Positions 52,599 through 62,535 of a DNA stretch of 64,000 bases are shown here, in pieces (the stretch's first letter is position 1; every line of letters starts with the position of its first letter). Position numbers and translations under genes: made by a program. Under the pieces are notes generated by a model. The model had not been told where the DNA came from. It searched no databases and worked only from the letters and a program-made list of their open reading frames with translations. Source of the stretch: an uncultured Spirochaetota bacterium (GTDB lineage: Bacteria > Spirochaetota > UBA4802 > UBA5550); assembly GCA_963827275.1 (NCBI GenBank), contig CAWHAA010000010.1, forward strand, positions 128,001 to 192,000. The letters run 5' to 3'.

Positions 52599-52847
52599 AT
52601 GGATAGACATCCAATGAATTGCGAGTGCGGCGGCGCCCTCATAGACGGGAAAAGCTCGTATCGCGTCAGCAAGAAGCACTTCTCGCTCATCATCGATAAT
52701 ATACCCGCGTTCAAATGCACCCGGTGCGACAAGGTGCTCTACGCCGAGGAAACGGTTGACAAGATACAGCAGCTCGTCAACCGGCTCGAGCGGGACGCCA
52801 GGGAGATCGTCTCCGGCAAACCATCGACCAACCTGTACGATTACTGA
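52599..52847 (+). CDS. YgiT-type zinc finger protein
   Basis: C.CGG...IDNIPA..C..C...Y; strong RBS. Confidence 0.8.
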   Translation: MDRHPMNCECGGALIDGKSSYRVSKKHFSLIIDNIPAFKCTRCDKVLYAEETVDKIQQLVNRLERDAREIVSGKPSTNLYDY

Positions 52848-52861
52848 GCAAGGAGCCTGTC

Positions 52862-54304
52862 ATGAGAGTCAGATTCGCACCCAGCCCCACCGGGTTTCTA
52901 CACGTGGGCAATGCGCGCACGGCCATCGCCAACTATCTTATCGCCCGGAAAAACCGGGCGACCATGGTGCTCCGCATCGAGGACACCGACATGGAGCGGA
53001 GCACCCTTGAATCGGAACAATCCATATACCAGGACCTCTCCTGGCTCGGCATCACCTGGGACGAAGGTCCCGACCGGGGGGGCGCGTTCGGGCCCTACCG
53101 CCAGTCCGAGCGCTTCGACATATACCGCGCCTACACCGAGAAGCTGATCAGCCAGGGCAACGCCTACTACTGCTACTGCACGAAGGAAGAGCTGGAGAGC
53201 ACGAAGAAAGGCGCCTCCGGCGAAACCGAATCCTACACCTACAGCGGCAGGTGCAGGAACCTTACCGCGGAGGAGCGCAGGGAGCTCGAGGCCCAGGGCC
53301 GGAAGCCGACCGTGCGGTTCAAGGTGCCGGACAACGTATCGGTGGTCGTGCAGGACATGATCAAGGGCCCCGTCGAATTCAACAGCAGCAACATCGGCGG
53401 CGACTTCATCATCGTACGGTCCGACGGCGTGCCGGTGTACAACTATATTGTCATCATCGACGACGCCCTCATGAACATAAGCCTGGTGATACGCGGCGAT
53501 GACCACCTCTCCAACACGCCGAAGCAGCTCCTGGTGGCCCGCGCCCTCGGCCTGAACGAGCCGGAATACGCGCACCTGCCCCTCATCATGGGGCCCGACC
53601 GCTCCAAGCTCTCCAAGCGGCACGGCATCACATCGGTGGAGATGTACCGCAGGCAGGGGTACCTTCCTGAAGCGCTCATGAACTACATGGCGATGCTCGG
53701 CTGGGCGTCGGAATCAGGCGAGGAGATCCTTCCCCTTGACGCGATCATAAGCCAGATCGACCTGAAAAAGCTGTCAAAGAACGCGCCGATATTCGATTTC
53801 CAGAAGCTCAAATGGATGAACGGCATGTACATACGCGAGTACCCGGTCGGCCCGCTCGCCGACCTGTTCGTGCCGCATATCGCCGCCGCGGGGTACGACC
53901 CGGCAACGATAGACCGGAAGCACCTGGCTGATATCGTTTCCGTGCTCAGGAAGTCGTGCGAACTCCTCACGGACATCGGCCCCCTGGTCGGCATTTTCCT
54001 TGACGAGGTGGCCGAGCCGGACGCGGAAGCCGATGCGATGCTCCGGAGCGAGGACGCGAAGAAGGTTATCGCGGCGGCGCACGCCCTCTTCGGCTCAGGG
54101 CTCACGGCGGACAATTTCGCCGCATCCCTTGTCGCCCGCGTCAAGGAAGCCACGTCCCTGAAAGGCAAAAGCCTTTTCATGCCCCTCAGGGCGATAATCA
54201 CCGGGCGGCAGAAAGGCCCGGAGCTCGACCAGGCAATGCCCCTCATCGGCTTCGACAGGTGCAGGAAGCGGGTCGAATACTGCTTTGAAAAATATTGCAG
54301 GTAG
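52862..54304 (+). CDS. gltX: Glutamate--tRNA ligase
   Basis: RFAPSPTG.LHVGN, RIEDTD, IRGDDH, KLSKR, anticodon domain. Confidence 0.96.
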   Translation: MRVRFAPSPTGFLHVGNARTAIANYLIARKNRATMVLRIEDTDMERSTLESEQSIYQDLSWLGITWDEGPDRGGAFGPYRQSERFDIYRAYTEKLISQGNAYYCYCTKEELESTKKGASGETESYTYSGRCRNLTAEERRELEAQGRKPTVRFKVPDNVSVVVQDMIKGPVEFNSSNIGGDFIIVRSDGVPVYNYIVIIDDALMNISLVIRGDDHLSNTPKQLLVARALGLNEPEYAHLPLIMGPDRSKLSKRHGITSVEMYRRQGYLPEALMNYMAMLGWASESGEEILPLDAIISQIDLKKLSKNAPIFDFQKLKWMNGMYIREYPVGPLADLFVPHIAAAGYDPATIDRKHLADIVSVLRKSCELLTDIGPLVGIFLDEVAEPDAEADAMLRSEDAKKVIAAAHALFGSGLTADNFAASLVARVKEATSLKGKSLFMPLRAIITGRQKGPELDQAMPLIGFDRCRKRVEYCFEKYCR

Positions 54305-54342
54305 CGGCCCCGGGCCCGGTACCGTCGCTGCGGAGGTGCACC

Positions 54343-55029
54343 GTGAAACAACTCGCATCCGTCATCATGCTCTTACTTGTCGCTGCCGGCGCGTGCGGCG
54401 GGAAACCCTCGTCGATACCGACCGGCTCATGGAAGTACCGCCTCCTGGTAAACGGCGCGGACATCGGGAAGGCCGTTGTCACGAACACGGTCACGAACAA
54501 CCGGTACGTCTCCACCATGGACATGGATATGAACGCGGGATATGTGCGGAACACCGTACGACAGGTCACCACGGAGACGCTCGATTTCAGGCCGGTCAGC
54601 CTGGAGGTGCGCAGCACGACCCTGCAGGAGGGACAGGCCCACGAGGCCGTCACCATCGCAACATTCAGCGGAAACAGGGTCGAACTCGATACCGGGGACT
54701 CTAAAATACGCATCACGACAGGCAGGCCCTTCATCATCGAGGGTAATTATTTCATGGGCGAGCTGATAAAAAGCGGCTTCAAGGACGGGACGGTGGTCAG
54801 GAACCATGTCTACGAACCGTCAGTCGACACGGAAGAGCCGGTGCTGATGATGGTCAAGGTGTTCGGAACCGAGCAGGTAACGGTCAACGGCAAAACCATG
54901 GAGCTGATACACCTGGGCACATCAATCGAGAACCTTAAAAATATCGATTCGTATATAGACAGGAAGGGGGTCGTGCACAAGTCCGTAATCACCATGCTGA
55001 ACAACCGGCTTGAGTTGATACTTGAATGA
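54343..55029 (+). CDS. Hypothetical beta-rich lipoprotein
   Basis: GGAGG RBS, GTG start, lipobox AGAC. Confidence 0.7.
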   Translation: MKQLASVIMLLLVAAGACGGKPSSIPTGSWKYRLLVNGADIGKAVVTNTVTNNRYVSTMDMDMNAGYVRNTVRQVTTETLDFRPVSLEVRSTTLQEGQAHEAVTIATFSGNRVELDTGDSKIRITTGRPFIIEGNYFMGELIKSGFKDGTVVRNHVYEPSVDTEEPVLMMVKVFGTEQVTVNGKTMELIHLGTSIENLKNIDSYIDRKGVVHKSVITMLNNRLELILE

Positions 55030-55070
55030 TGCGCCCCCGCTGTCCCGCGCACGGCTGCCACGGCAAACCG

Positions 55071-55850
55071 ATGGTACAACGATCGCTCTACCTCATCCTG
55101 TTGCTCGCCCTTCTCCCGGGGATATCCTTCTCCCTCGACCCCTTCCGCTATACCGTTGACCTGAAAAACTTCAAGGATGAAATTTACCGCAGTGACACGT
55201 CCCGCTACCGGATCACGTCGTCCGACACGGACTTCACGCTGATCGGGAACCGGCACCAGAAGGTGATCAGCCGGTCAGCCGAGGACGGGAAAAAAACCGT
55301 TGTGATACGGGCCGGCGCCCCCGCGGCAGGCGTTGAACGCCTGGACAACCGCGCGGATTACCTTCGCGACACCAGGTTCCTGAGCCTCTCCTCGCCTGAA
55401 ATCGCCGGGGCAGCGGCGCGGCTCAGGGGCGGCGCCGACCCGGTCCGCGCCGTTGAGAGCTTCGTGTACGGACATATCAGGGAGAAGACCCTCGGGATAC
55501 CGCTGGCGCCCGCGGCGCGGGTATACCGCATGAGGCGGGGAGACTGTACGGAGCACAGCGTACTGGCAGTTGCGCTATTACGAAAACTCGGCGTACCCGC
55601 CCGCGCGATCGTCGGGATGTATTGTACCGATGAATTCCTCGGCAGGAGGAACGTCTTTGCCTATCACATGTGGGCCGAAGCCTACTGGAACGGCGGATGG
55701 CGACTTGTTGACGCGACCAGGCCCGGCGAAAACCGCTACAACCGGTATATCGCACTGACGGAGCACAGTCTCAGGGCCGAGGCGCCCCTTCCCTATCTTC
55801 GCGCCATTTCGGCGATACAGGATCTGACGATCGAATACCTCGGGAAATGA
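55071..55850 (+). CDS. Secreted transglutaminase-like protein
   Basis: Signal peptide; triad GDCTEH, YHMWAE, VDAT. Confidence 0.88.
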   Translation: MVQRSLYLILLLALLPGISFSLDPFRYTVDLKNFKDEIYRSDTSRYRITSSDTDFTLIGNRHQKVISRSAEDGKKTVVIRAGAPAAGVERLDNRADYLRDTRFLSLSSPEIAGAAARLRGGADPVRAVESFVYGHIREKTLGIPLAPAARVYRMRRGDCTEHSVLAVALLRKLGVPARAIVGMYCTDEFLGRRNVFAYHMWAEAYWNGGWRLVDATRPGENRYNRYIALTEHSLRAEAPLPYLRAISAIQDLTIEYLGK

Positions 55851-57530
55851 TCACTCCTTCCCCTTCGAGTCCTTCAGGGTGACCGTGCGGTTGAACACCG
55901 TCTTCCCGGGCGTGGTATCCGGGTCAACACAGAAATAGCCGAGACGTTCGAACTGGTACCGTTCTCCCGGCTTCGCTCCCCTGAGGGACGGCTCCACGAG
56001 GCAGCGGTCGAGCACCTTCATGGAATCGGGGTTCAGGAGGGTCCGGTAGTCCTCGGCCTCTTTCGAATTTTCCGGCTCGGTGACGGTAAAGAGACGCTCG
56101 TAAAGCCGCACTTCAGCCGGGACCGCGTGTTCGGCGGAAAGCCAGTGGATGGTCCCCTTGACCTTCCTGCCGTCCTGCGACCAGCCGCCCCGCGTCGCGG
56201 GGTCATACGTGCAGCGCACCTCGATGATCTCGCCCCTGTCGTCCTTCACGACGCCGGTGCAGGTGATATAGTAGGCGAACTTGAACCTGACTTCCTTCCC
56301 GGGCGCGAGCCTGAAGAATTTCGGCGGCGCCTCCTCGCGGAAATCGTCCCGCTCGATGTAGAGGACGCGCGAAAACGGCACCGTGCGCTTGCCCATGCTT
56401 TCGTCCTCCGGATTGTTGACCGCTTCAAATTCCTCGGTTGTTCCCTCGGGATAATTTTCTATGACCACCTTCAGCGGGTCCAGGACGCCGATGACGCGCG
56501 GTGCGCGACGGTTCAGGTCTTCCCGCACGCAGTGCTCGAGCAGCGCCATCTCGACAACGTTGTCCGCCTTGGCGACGCCGATCCGGTCGGCGAAATCACG
56601 GATTGATTCCGGCGTGTACCCCCGGCGCCGCAGGCCGCAGATGGTGGGCATGCGCGGGTCGTCCCACCCCCGTACGAAATTCGTTTTGACGAGCTCGAGG
56701 AGCTTCCGCTTGCTCATCACCGTGTGGGAGAGGCTAAGGCGCGCGAATTCGATCTGGCGCGGCCGGGCCCTGCCGGGTTCGGCGATCTGGTCAAGGAACC
56801 AGTCGTAGAGCGGCCGGTGCACCTCGAACTCGAGCGTGCATATGGAATGCGTGATGCCCTCTATATAGTCCGACTGCCCGTGCGCGAAGTCGTACATCGG
56901 GTAGATGCACCACGTGTTCCCGGTGCGGTGGTGCTCATCGTGCTTGATGCGGTACAGGACCGGGTCGCGCATGTTGATGTTCGGCGCCGCCATGTCGATC
57001 TTCGCGCGCAGGATCCGGGTGCCGTCGGGGAACTCGCCGGCGCGCATGCGCGCGAACAGGTCGAGGTTCTCCTCCACGCTCCTCTTCCGGCCCGGGTCCT
57101 CCTGCCCCGGCCAGGTGGGGCCGCCCCTGGTCGCGGACACCTCTTCAGGGGTCATATCGGAGACATAGGCGAGCCCTTTTTTAATGAGGAGCACCGCCCA
57201 CTCGTACAGCTGCCCGAAGTAGTCGGACGCGTAGTAGAGGTGCGTTCCCCAGTCAAAGCCGAGCCACTTCACGTCGTTGATGATGGAGTCGGTGTACTCG
57301 ACGTCTTCCTTTTCGGGATTGGTGTCGTCCATGCGGAGGTGGCAGCGCCCGCCGTACTGCTTCGCGAGGCCGAAGTTGAGGCATATCGATTTCGCGTGGC
57401 CGATGTGGAGGTACCCGTTCGGCTCCGGCGGGAACCGCGTCACCACCTGGCCGCCGTTCTTGCCGCTCTTGAGGTCCTCGTCTATGATGTCCTTGATGAA
57501 ATTCGTGGTTGTCTTCTCGCTGGTATCCAT
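55851..57530 (-). CDS. glnS: Glutamine--tRNA ligase
   Basis: [35 protein letters not shown]. Confidence 0.96.
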   Translation of the reverse strand: MDTSEKTTTNFIKDIIDEDLKSGKNGGQVVTRFPPEPNGYLHIGHAKSICLNFGLAKQYGGRCHLRMDDTNPEKEDVEYTDSIINDVKWLGFDWGTHLYYASDYFGQLYEWAVLLIKKGLAYVSDMTPEEVSATRGGPTWPGQEDPGRKRSVEENLDLFARMRAGEFPDGTRILRAKIDMAAPNINMRDPVLYRIKHDEHHRTGNTWCIYPMYDFAHGQSDYIEGITHSICTLEFEVHRPLYDWFLDQIAEPGRARPRQIEFARLSLSHTVMSKRKLLELVKTNFVRGWDDPRMPTICGLRRRGYTPESIRDFADRIGVAKADNVVEMALLEHCVREDLNRRAPRVIGVLDPLKVVIENYPEGTTEEFEAVNNPEDESMGKRTVPFSRVLYIERDDFREEAPPKFFRLAPGKEVRFKFAYYITCTGVVKDDRGEIIEVRCTYDPATRGGWSQDGRKVKGTIHWLSAEHAVPAEVRLYERLFTVTEPENSKEAEDYRTLLNPDSMKVLDRCLVEPSLRGAKPGERYQFERLGYFCVDPDTTPGKTVFNRTVTLKDSKGKE

Positions 57531-57682
57531 TTCGACCTGCCTGTTATGCAACATGGTATCAATACGATAACAAGCGTCACCGCCGGGATACGTCAAGAAT
57601 TATACGGGATTTATTTTCCAATATTGGGGTTTCCGGTGCAAAATGACCCGCGGACCGCTGTTATTTTACATCCAATTAATAA

Positions 57683-58258
57683 TCAGACATACACTGACAG
57701 CGCCGTGCGCCCGTAAATCCTTGTGGCCTTCAGGCGGCACCGCGCCAGCTCCTCTTCCATGACATTCCCGCTGAAATGCTGGATGATGATGTTCCCGCCT
57801 TCCGCGAGGATGCCGGCCTCGCAGATGTTCCCGATGATTTCACGGTGAAGGAGCACGCCGCCCCTCTCTTTCGCGTAGGGAGGATCGAGAAAGATATGCC
57901 GGAACTGCATGCGCTTTGACTTCAGGTAAGGGATGGCCCGCTCCGCCGTCATCCGCAGCACCAGGGGCCCGGCTTCGATCCCGATCCCTTCGGTGAATGA
58001 TTTGATGAACTGGCAGCGCCTGGCGTCGGATTCGACAAAGACCACCGGGTCGGCGCCCCTGCTCAGCGCCTCGAGGCCGATCTGGCCCGAGCCGGCGTAA
58101 AGATCGAGGAACCCCGTGCCGTGCAGGTATTCCCCGATCATGGAAAACACGGCGCCCTTGACCTTCTGGGGGGTGATATCGGCATTGTCGAAAGCACGAT
58201 TATCGAAAGGGACCAGGCGCCCCTTCATGTCGCCGGCAATGATCCTGACGCCTGCCAT
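57683..58258 (-). CDS. rsmD: 16S rRNA m2G966 methyltransferase RsmD family
   Basis: RIIAG..KG, LDLYAGSG..GLEALSRGA, DPPY, YG. Confidence 0.88.
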   Translation of the reverse strand: MAGVRIIAGDMKGRLVPFDNRAFDNADITPQKVKGAVFSMIGEYLHGTGFLDLYAGSGQIGLEALSRGADPVVFVESDARRCQFIKSFTEGIGIEAGPLVLRMTAERAIPYLKSKRMQFRHIFLDPPYAKERGGVLLHREIIGNICEAGILAEGGNIIIQHFSGNVMEEELARCRLKATRIYGRTALSVYV

Positions 58259-58259
58259 T

Positions 58260-58454
58260 TCAATCCAGGGCGGCGTTCAGCTCATCAACGAACGCCTGAA
58301 CGTCCATGCCCTTGCAGATCGCTATCTTTTCTATAGTGTCCTCGCCTATTCCCTTGCAGCCGGGACAGTAGAGGTTGTGCTTTTTGAATACCTTGAGGAT
58401 GCCGGGAGACATCTTCAACGCGTCGGGCGCTTTAGTGCTTTTCGTTATCTTCAT
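58260..58454 (-). CDS. DUF1858-like small CxxC protein
   Basis: P....VF.K....CPGC....TIE......G.D. Confidence 0.75.
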   Translation of the reverse strand: MKITKSTKAPDALKMSPGILKVFKKHNLYCPGCKGIGEDTIEKIAICKGMDVQAFVDELNAALD

Positions 58455-58803
58455 TTGGGTTGTATCCGGTGTATATTGGAATAATTACTGACATTCTACA
58501 GGCAGGTACGCGGCAACCGTCAAGTGAAATATATTCCCCCTGGCCCCGGAAGGGGCTTGCGGGAATATGCGGAAACCATAGCGTTACATAAATCTGCCCC
58601 TCATGGGTACCGGCCCAAGTAACACTATGCGTTTTATATGAAGCCGTCCCCCTCTCAAAGCAAGCCGCCTCCGGCAGAAAAAACGCCGGGCAGAGTTTTA
58701 AATTCGGACCCTGTCGGCAGATAAAAATAAGTGTTGAATTATTCCTGTGCTTCTCATATTGTTGAGCGATCCAGAATCAGTACTCCATGGCGAGAGGTAA
58801 AAC

Positions 58804-60183
58804 ATGGCCGCCTTGTTTGAGCGATTGCTTGACAGATACCGGGATTCGGACCATATCATCAAGCTCAAGGCCAGGTTCCTTCTGCGCGTCTGCATCGCAG
58901 CCGTCGTTATCATCCCCTTTATCATCGCCTACAACATGTACCTGACGTTCACAAAGGCGGTGTACGGCCACGCGATCTACTGGCCGATCATCGCGCCGCT
59001 GGTGTTCATTTTTTTTGTCTATCTATCCGTTATATTCCTGATCGCCATCGGCCGCTTTTCGATCGGGGCACATCTCTTTTTTATCGCAACACAGCTCCTG
59101 ATGTGGTCAATCATCATTGTCGATAAAAGCGGACCGCTCGAACGCCTTGATACGATAGCGGTGCTGATCGCGATACTCTCGATGAGCCCCCTGGTCATAA
59201 CCCGGCGCGCCCTGCTCATCCCGGCCTATTCGGCGATAACGGTGCTGGCCGCCGTACTCTTCGTAAAATTCGTGATGCCGGGCCTCTCCCCCACCGAAAC
59301 GATCGATTTCCTCGGCGATATCGCGATCGCGGCGCTGGCCGCGGCGATATTCTCATACAACCTGTTTTCGATCAACAGGAGCGCGCTGGAGCACTCCGAG
59401 GAGAGCAGGCAAGACCTGGCGCGCGCCAACGAGGAGCTCGCTGCGACAAACGAGGAGCTCGCGGCGACGAACGAGGAGCTCGAAGCCACCATGGAGGAGC
59501 TGACCGCCACCAATGAGGAATTTGAGGCACAGAACGGGGAATTGATCAAGTCGCAGGAGGCCATCAACGAGTCGCTCAGGGAAAAGAACGTCCTGCTCAG
59601 GGAGATCCATCATCGCGTCAAGAACAACATGCAGATCGTTTCCAGCCTGCTGAACATGCAGGCCCAGACCATCGACGAACCGGCCGCACGGCATCCCATC
59701 GACGACGCGATCAGCCGGATCTATTCCATAGCCCTCATACACGAAAAGCTGTATCGTGCCGACAACTTCACCCGCATCGACATGGCCGCCTACGTAACCG
59801 AGCTGATGGACGAGATCATCCAGCTCTTCTTAAAATCGCCCGACGATATCCAGGTCATCACCGATCTCGAGCAGATCAACCTGCCCATCGACCAGGCGGT
59901 CCCCTGCGGCATCATGATCAACGAGATCCTTACGAACTCCATCAAGCACGCATGCAGGGACACGGGCCCCTGCCGCATCGACATACGGATGTCCATGTCC
60001 GACGGCATGATGGACCTGGTCATCGCAGACTCCGGCCCCGGCATGGAGCACACGATTATGGAGAGTGGCGGCACAAAGACCATGGGCATGCAGATCATCA
60101 GGGCCCTGGCCCAGCAGCTGAACGCATCGATTGAGGTCAGCACCGGCGAGGGGACTAAATACGTCATACGCTTCGCTTTATAG
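58804..60183 (+). CDS. Membrane sensor histidine kinase (HisKA_2 type)
   Basis: Multiple TM helices, EIHHRVKNN.Q, NE..TNS.KHA, DSGPG, G.G. Confidence 0.92.
   Translation: MAALFERLLDRYRDSDHIIKLKARFLLRVCIAAVVIIPFIIAYNMYLTFTKAVYGHAIYWPIIAPLVFIFFVYLSVIFLIAIGRFSIGAHLFFIATQLLMWSIIIVDKSGPLERLDTIAVLIAILSMSPLVITRRALLIPAYSAITVLAAVLFVKFVMPGLSPTETIDFLGDIAIAALAAAIFSYNLFSINRSALEHSEESRQDLARANEELAATNEELAATNEELEATMEELTATNEEFEAQNGELIKSQEAINESLREKNVLLREIHHRVKNNMQIVSSLLNMQAQTIDEPAARHPIDDAISRIYSIALIHEKLYRADNFTRIDMAAYVTELMDEIIQLFLKSPDDIQVITDLEQINLPIDQAVPCGIMINEILTNSIKHACRDTGPCRIDIRMSMSDGMMDLVIADSGPGMEHTIMESGGTKTMGMQIIRALAQQLNASIEVSTGEGTKYVIRFAL
59428..59520 (+). repeat. 21-bp coding tandem repeat (NEELAAT heptads)
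   Basis: AACGAGGAGCTCGC... about 4.5 imperfect units. Confidence 0.85.
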
Positions 60184-60359
60184 GAATCCGCCCCCCGCAA
60201 GCAACGGCCCTGAGGGCGCAATGCGTCGTATCGGTGGTACCTGCACCCTTTTAAAACACGCCCGCTCCGGTAAAAAAATCACCGGATAGAGTCCTTGCAT
60301 GTACTGAGAGGGAGCCCTGTTTTACCGGTCCACAGAAATCAAGCAAAAAAGGCGGGAGC

Positions 60360-60543
60360 ATGAAACAGTGCGGATTATTTGATGAGATTGAACGACCCGA
60401 AGAACACGGCATCGCCCGGAGGGTACTCAGGAAATCCAACCGGCAATTGGACAAAGCGAATTTGACGGCATAATCAGGGAAAATTGTTGATGCAACTTTC
60501 GTTGATGTACCACGACAGCGAAACACCCGTGATGACAACAATC
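60360..60543 (+). mobile_element. Degenerate IS5-family transposase remnant
   Basis: Translates MKQCGLFDEIER...RQLDKANLTA*SGKIVDATFVDVPRQRNTRDDN. Confidence 0.75.
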
Positions 60544-60551
60544 ATACAGCA

Positions 60552-61838
60552 TTACCGCTTGTCAATCTCGGCGTAATCGCGCAGGGTGCTGCCGGTATAA
60601 ATCTGGCGCGGCCTGCCAATTTTAAACGGCACGGTATCATGCATCTCTTTCCACTGCGCTATCCATCCAGGCATCCTGCCGATCGCAAACATGACCGGAT
60701 ACATGTCCGTAGGAATGCCCATTAACCTGTAGAGAATCCCGCTGTAAAAGTCGATGTTCGGATAGAGCTTGCGCTCGACAAAATAATCATCGTTAAGGAC
60801 CGCCTGCTCAAGCTCCATGGCAATATCAATGAGCGGTTCCTTGATGTTGAACTTTTTGAAAAGTATCCCGCAGTGCTCTTTCAGAATCCTGGCCCGCGGA
60901 TCGTAGTTCTTGTAAACGCGGTGGCCAAAACCGAAAAGCTTGAATTTATCTTTTTTATCCTTCGCCTTCTCCATATACTGTTTGATCGATACTCCTTCAT
61001 CCAGGATGTTTTGGAGCATCTCGATCACGTGCTGGTTTGCTCCGCCGTGGAGCGGCCCCCACAGGGCGCATATCCCGGCGCAGATAGAAGAATACAGATT
61101 GACCAAGCTGCTGCCAACAAGCCGCACCGTCGAGGTGCTGCAGTTCTGTTCGTGGTCCGCGTGAAGGATGAGGAGGACATTGAGCGCTTTTTCGATCTCC
61201 GGATGGACCTCGTACGGTTTCACGGGGCTGTCAAACATCATGTGTAGAAAATTTCCGCAGTACCGCAGATCATGCTTGGGATACACAAACGGCTTGCCCA
61301 TGGAATGCTTATATGAATACGCGGCGATGGTGCGTATTTTTGAGATCAGACGCGTGGCCATTGCGTCAAACGTCTGGCTCATGAAGTCTTCCGTATAAAA
61401 ATAGGGATAATAAACGGAAAGTGCGTTCACCATTGTGCTCAGTATCGCCATGGGATGCGCCGAGGAGGGAAACCCGTCAAAAAAACGGACCATGTCTTCA
61501 TGAATCATCGAGCTCTCGGTAAGCTTCGCCGAAAAGGCCTTGCGCTCCTCCTCCCGCGGCAGATTCCCATACATGAGCAGAAAGCATGTCTCGGTAAAGC
61601 TGGCCCGTTCCGCAAGCTGTTCGATCGGGTATCCCCTGTAGCGCAGAATGCCCTGTTCCCCGTCTATATACGTGATCGAGCTCAGGCACGATCCAGTGTT
61701 CTGATATCCGGGATCAAGCGTAATATACCCGGTTAATTCTCTTAACGAGGTAATATCGACGGCCTTCTCTTTTTCAGTGCCTTCCACAACCGGCAAACGG
61801 TGGCTCTTGCCTTCAAGATTCAGTATTGCTTCACTCAT
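60552..61838 (-). CDS. gltA: Citrate synthase (type II-like)
   Basis: DPGY.NTG, LHADHEQNCST, GPLHGGAN, GFGHRVYK, PNIDFYSG. Confidence 0.96.
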   Translation of the reverse strand: MSEAILNLEGKSHRLPVVEGTEKEKAVDITSLRELTGYITLDPGYQNTGSCLSSITYIDGEQGILRYRGYPIEQLAERASFTETCFLLMYGNLPREEERKAFSAKLTESSMIHEDMVRFFDGFPSSAHPMAILSTMVNALSVYYPYFYTEDFMSQTFDAMATRLISKIRTIAAYSYKHSMGKPFVYPKHDLRYCGNFLHMMFDSPVKPYEVHPEIEKALNVLLILHADHEQNCSTSTVRLVGSSLVNLYSSICAGICALWGPLHGGANQHVIEMLQNILDEGVSIKQYMEKAKDKKDKFKLFGFGHRVYKNYDPRARILKEHCGILFKKFNIKEPLIDIAMELEQAVLNDDYFVERKLYPNIDFYSGILYRLMGIPTDMYPVMFAIGRMPGWIAQWKEMHDTVPFKIGRPRQIYTGSTLRDYAEIDKR

Positions 61839-62215
61839 AACCCGACCTCTTAATTGTTCAACATCATCCCGAATTCAAGGTATTCGCCGTCTCTCTGCTG
61901 AATTATCAAAGCAGGTACCAGAAAAACAGCCGTTGCATGTTATATCGCAGTTATAAATAATAATTGAATTGAAAATGAAGTTATTAATTGTGATTCCCGC
62001 GACCGTACGTCTTCGTGCTGGCTTCATCCGCTCCGTCCAGGTCTGTGAATGCATCCTGACGGTTCATAAATAAATCTGGATACTGCGAGACAGTTCTGAA
62101 TACTTTTATATTTTAAAACAATACTCGCAATACTATTCTTCGCGGGACAAATAAGTTGGATCACGAACAAGCCGTGTCAACACATTCAATCGAATTAGCT
62201 CCGTATAAATACGTC

Positions 62216-62232
62216 AAGCGTAATTCGTGCCA
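62216..62232 (-). promoter_or_regulatory. Possible sigma54 promoter upstream of gltA
   Basis: TGGCACG-AATT-ACGCT: perfect -24 box and GG-N10-GC spacing, but an imperfect -12 box. Confidence 0.3.
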
Positions 62233-62535
62233 TAATTTTATGTCCCGATGATTTTTTTAAAATATTTTTGCAAAGAAAAATGCCACCCATGAGCGCCAAT
62301 GATACTATAAAATTTCAAAACGGTTGTGGGAAAGTAAAAACCAGGGTACCCGATTATCAATACATGCAATCCGCATGATATCTGGTTGGGAGTACGCCGG
62401 CTTGTATAAATGAATAACAAGTCACAAAAAGATGAAAGCGCCGCAGATTATTTCCAGGGAATCTGTTTCCTCTTAATTCACGCCCGATCCGGCAGAAAAA
62501 GCGCCGGGCAGCGGCTTTATATTTTTTAGCGACAC

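Noticed and set aside
58532..58566. Hairpin with a GGAA tetraloop, SRP-like
   Set aside because: Lacks the conserved SRP domain IV internal-loop sequence
59428..59520. 21-bp tandem repeat as a novel element
   Set aside because: Ordinary NEEL-type coiled-coil heptads common in sensor kinases
62269..62285. Second sigma54-like motif TGGCA...TTGC on the minus strand
   Set aside because: GG-to-GC spacing is 11, not the required 10
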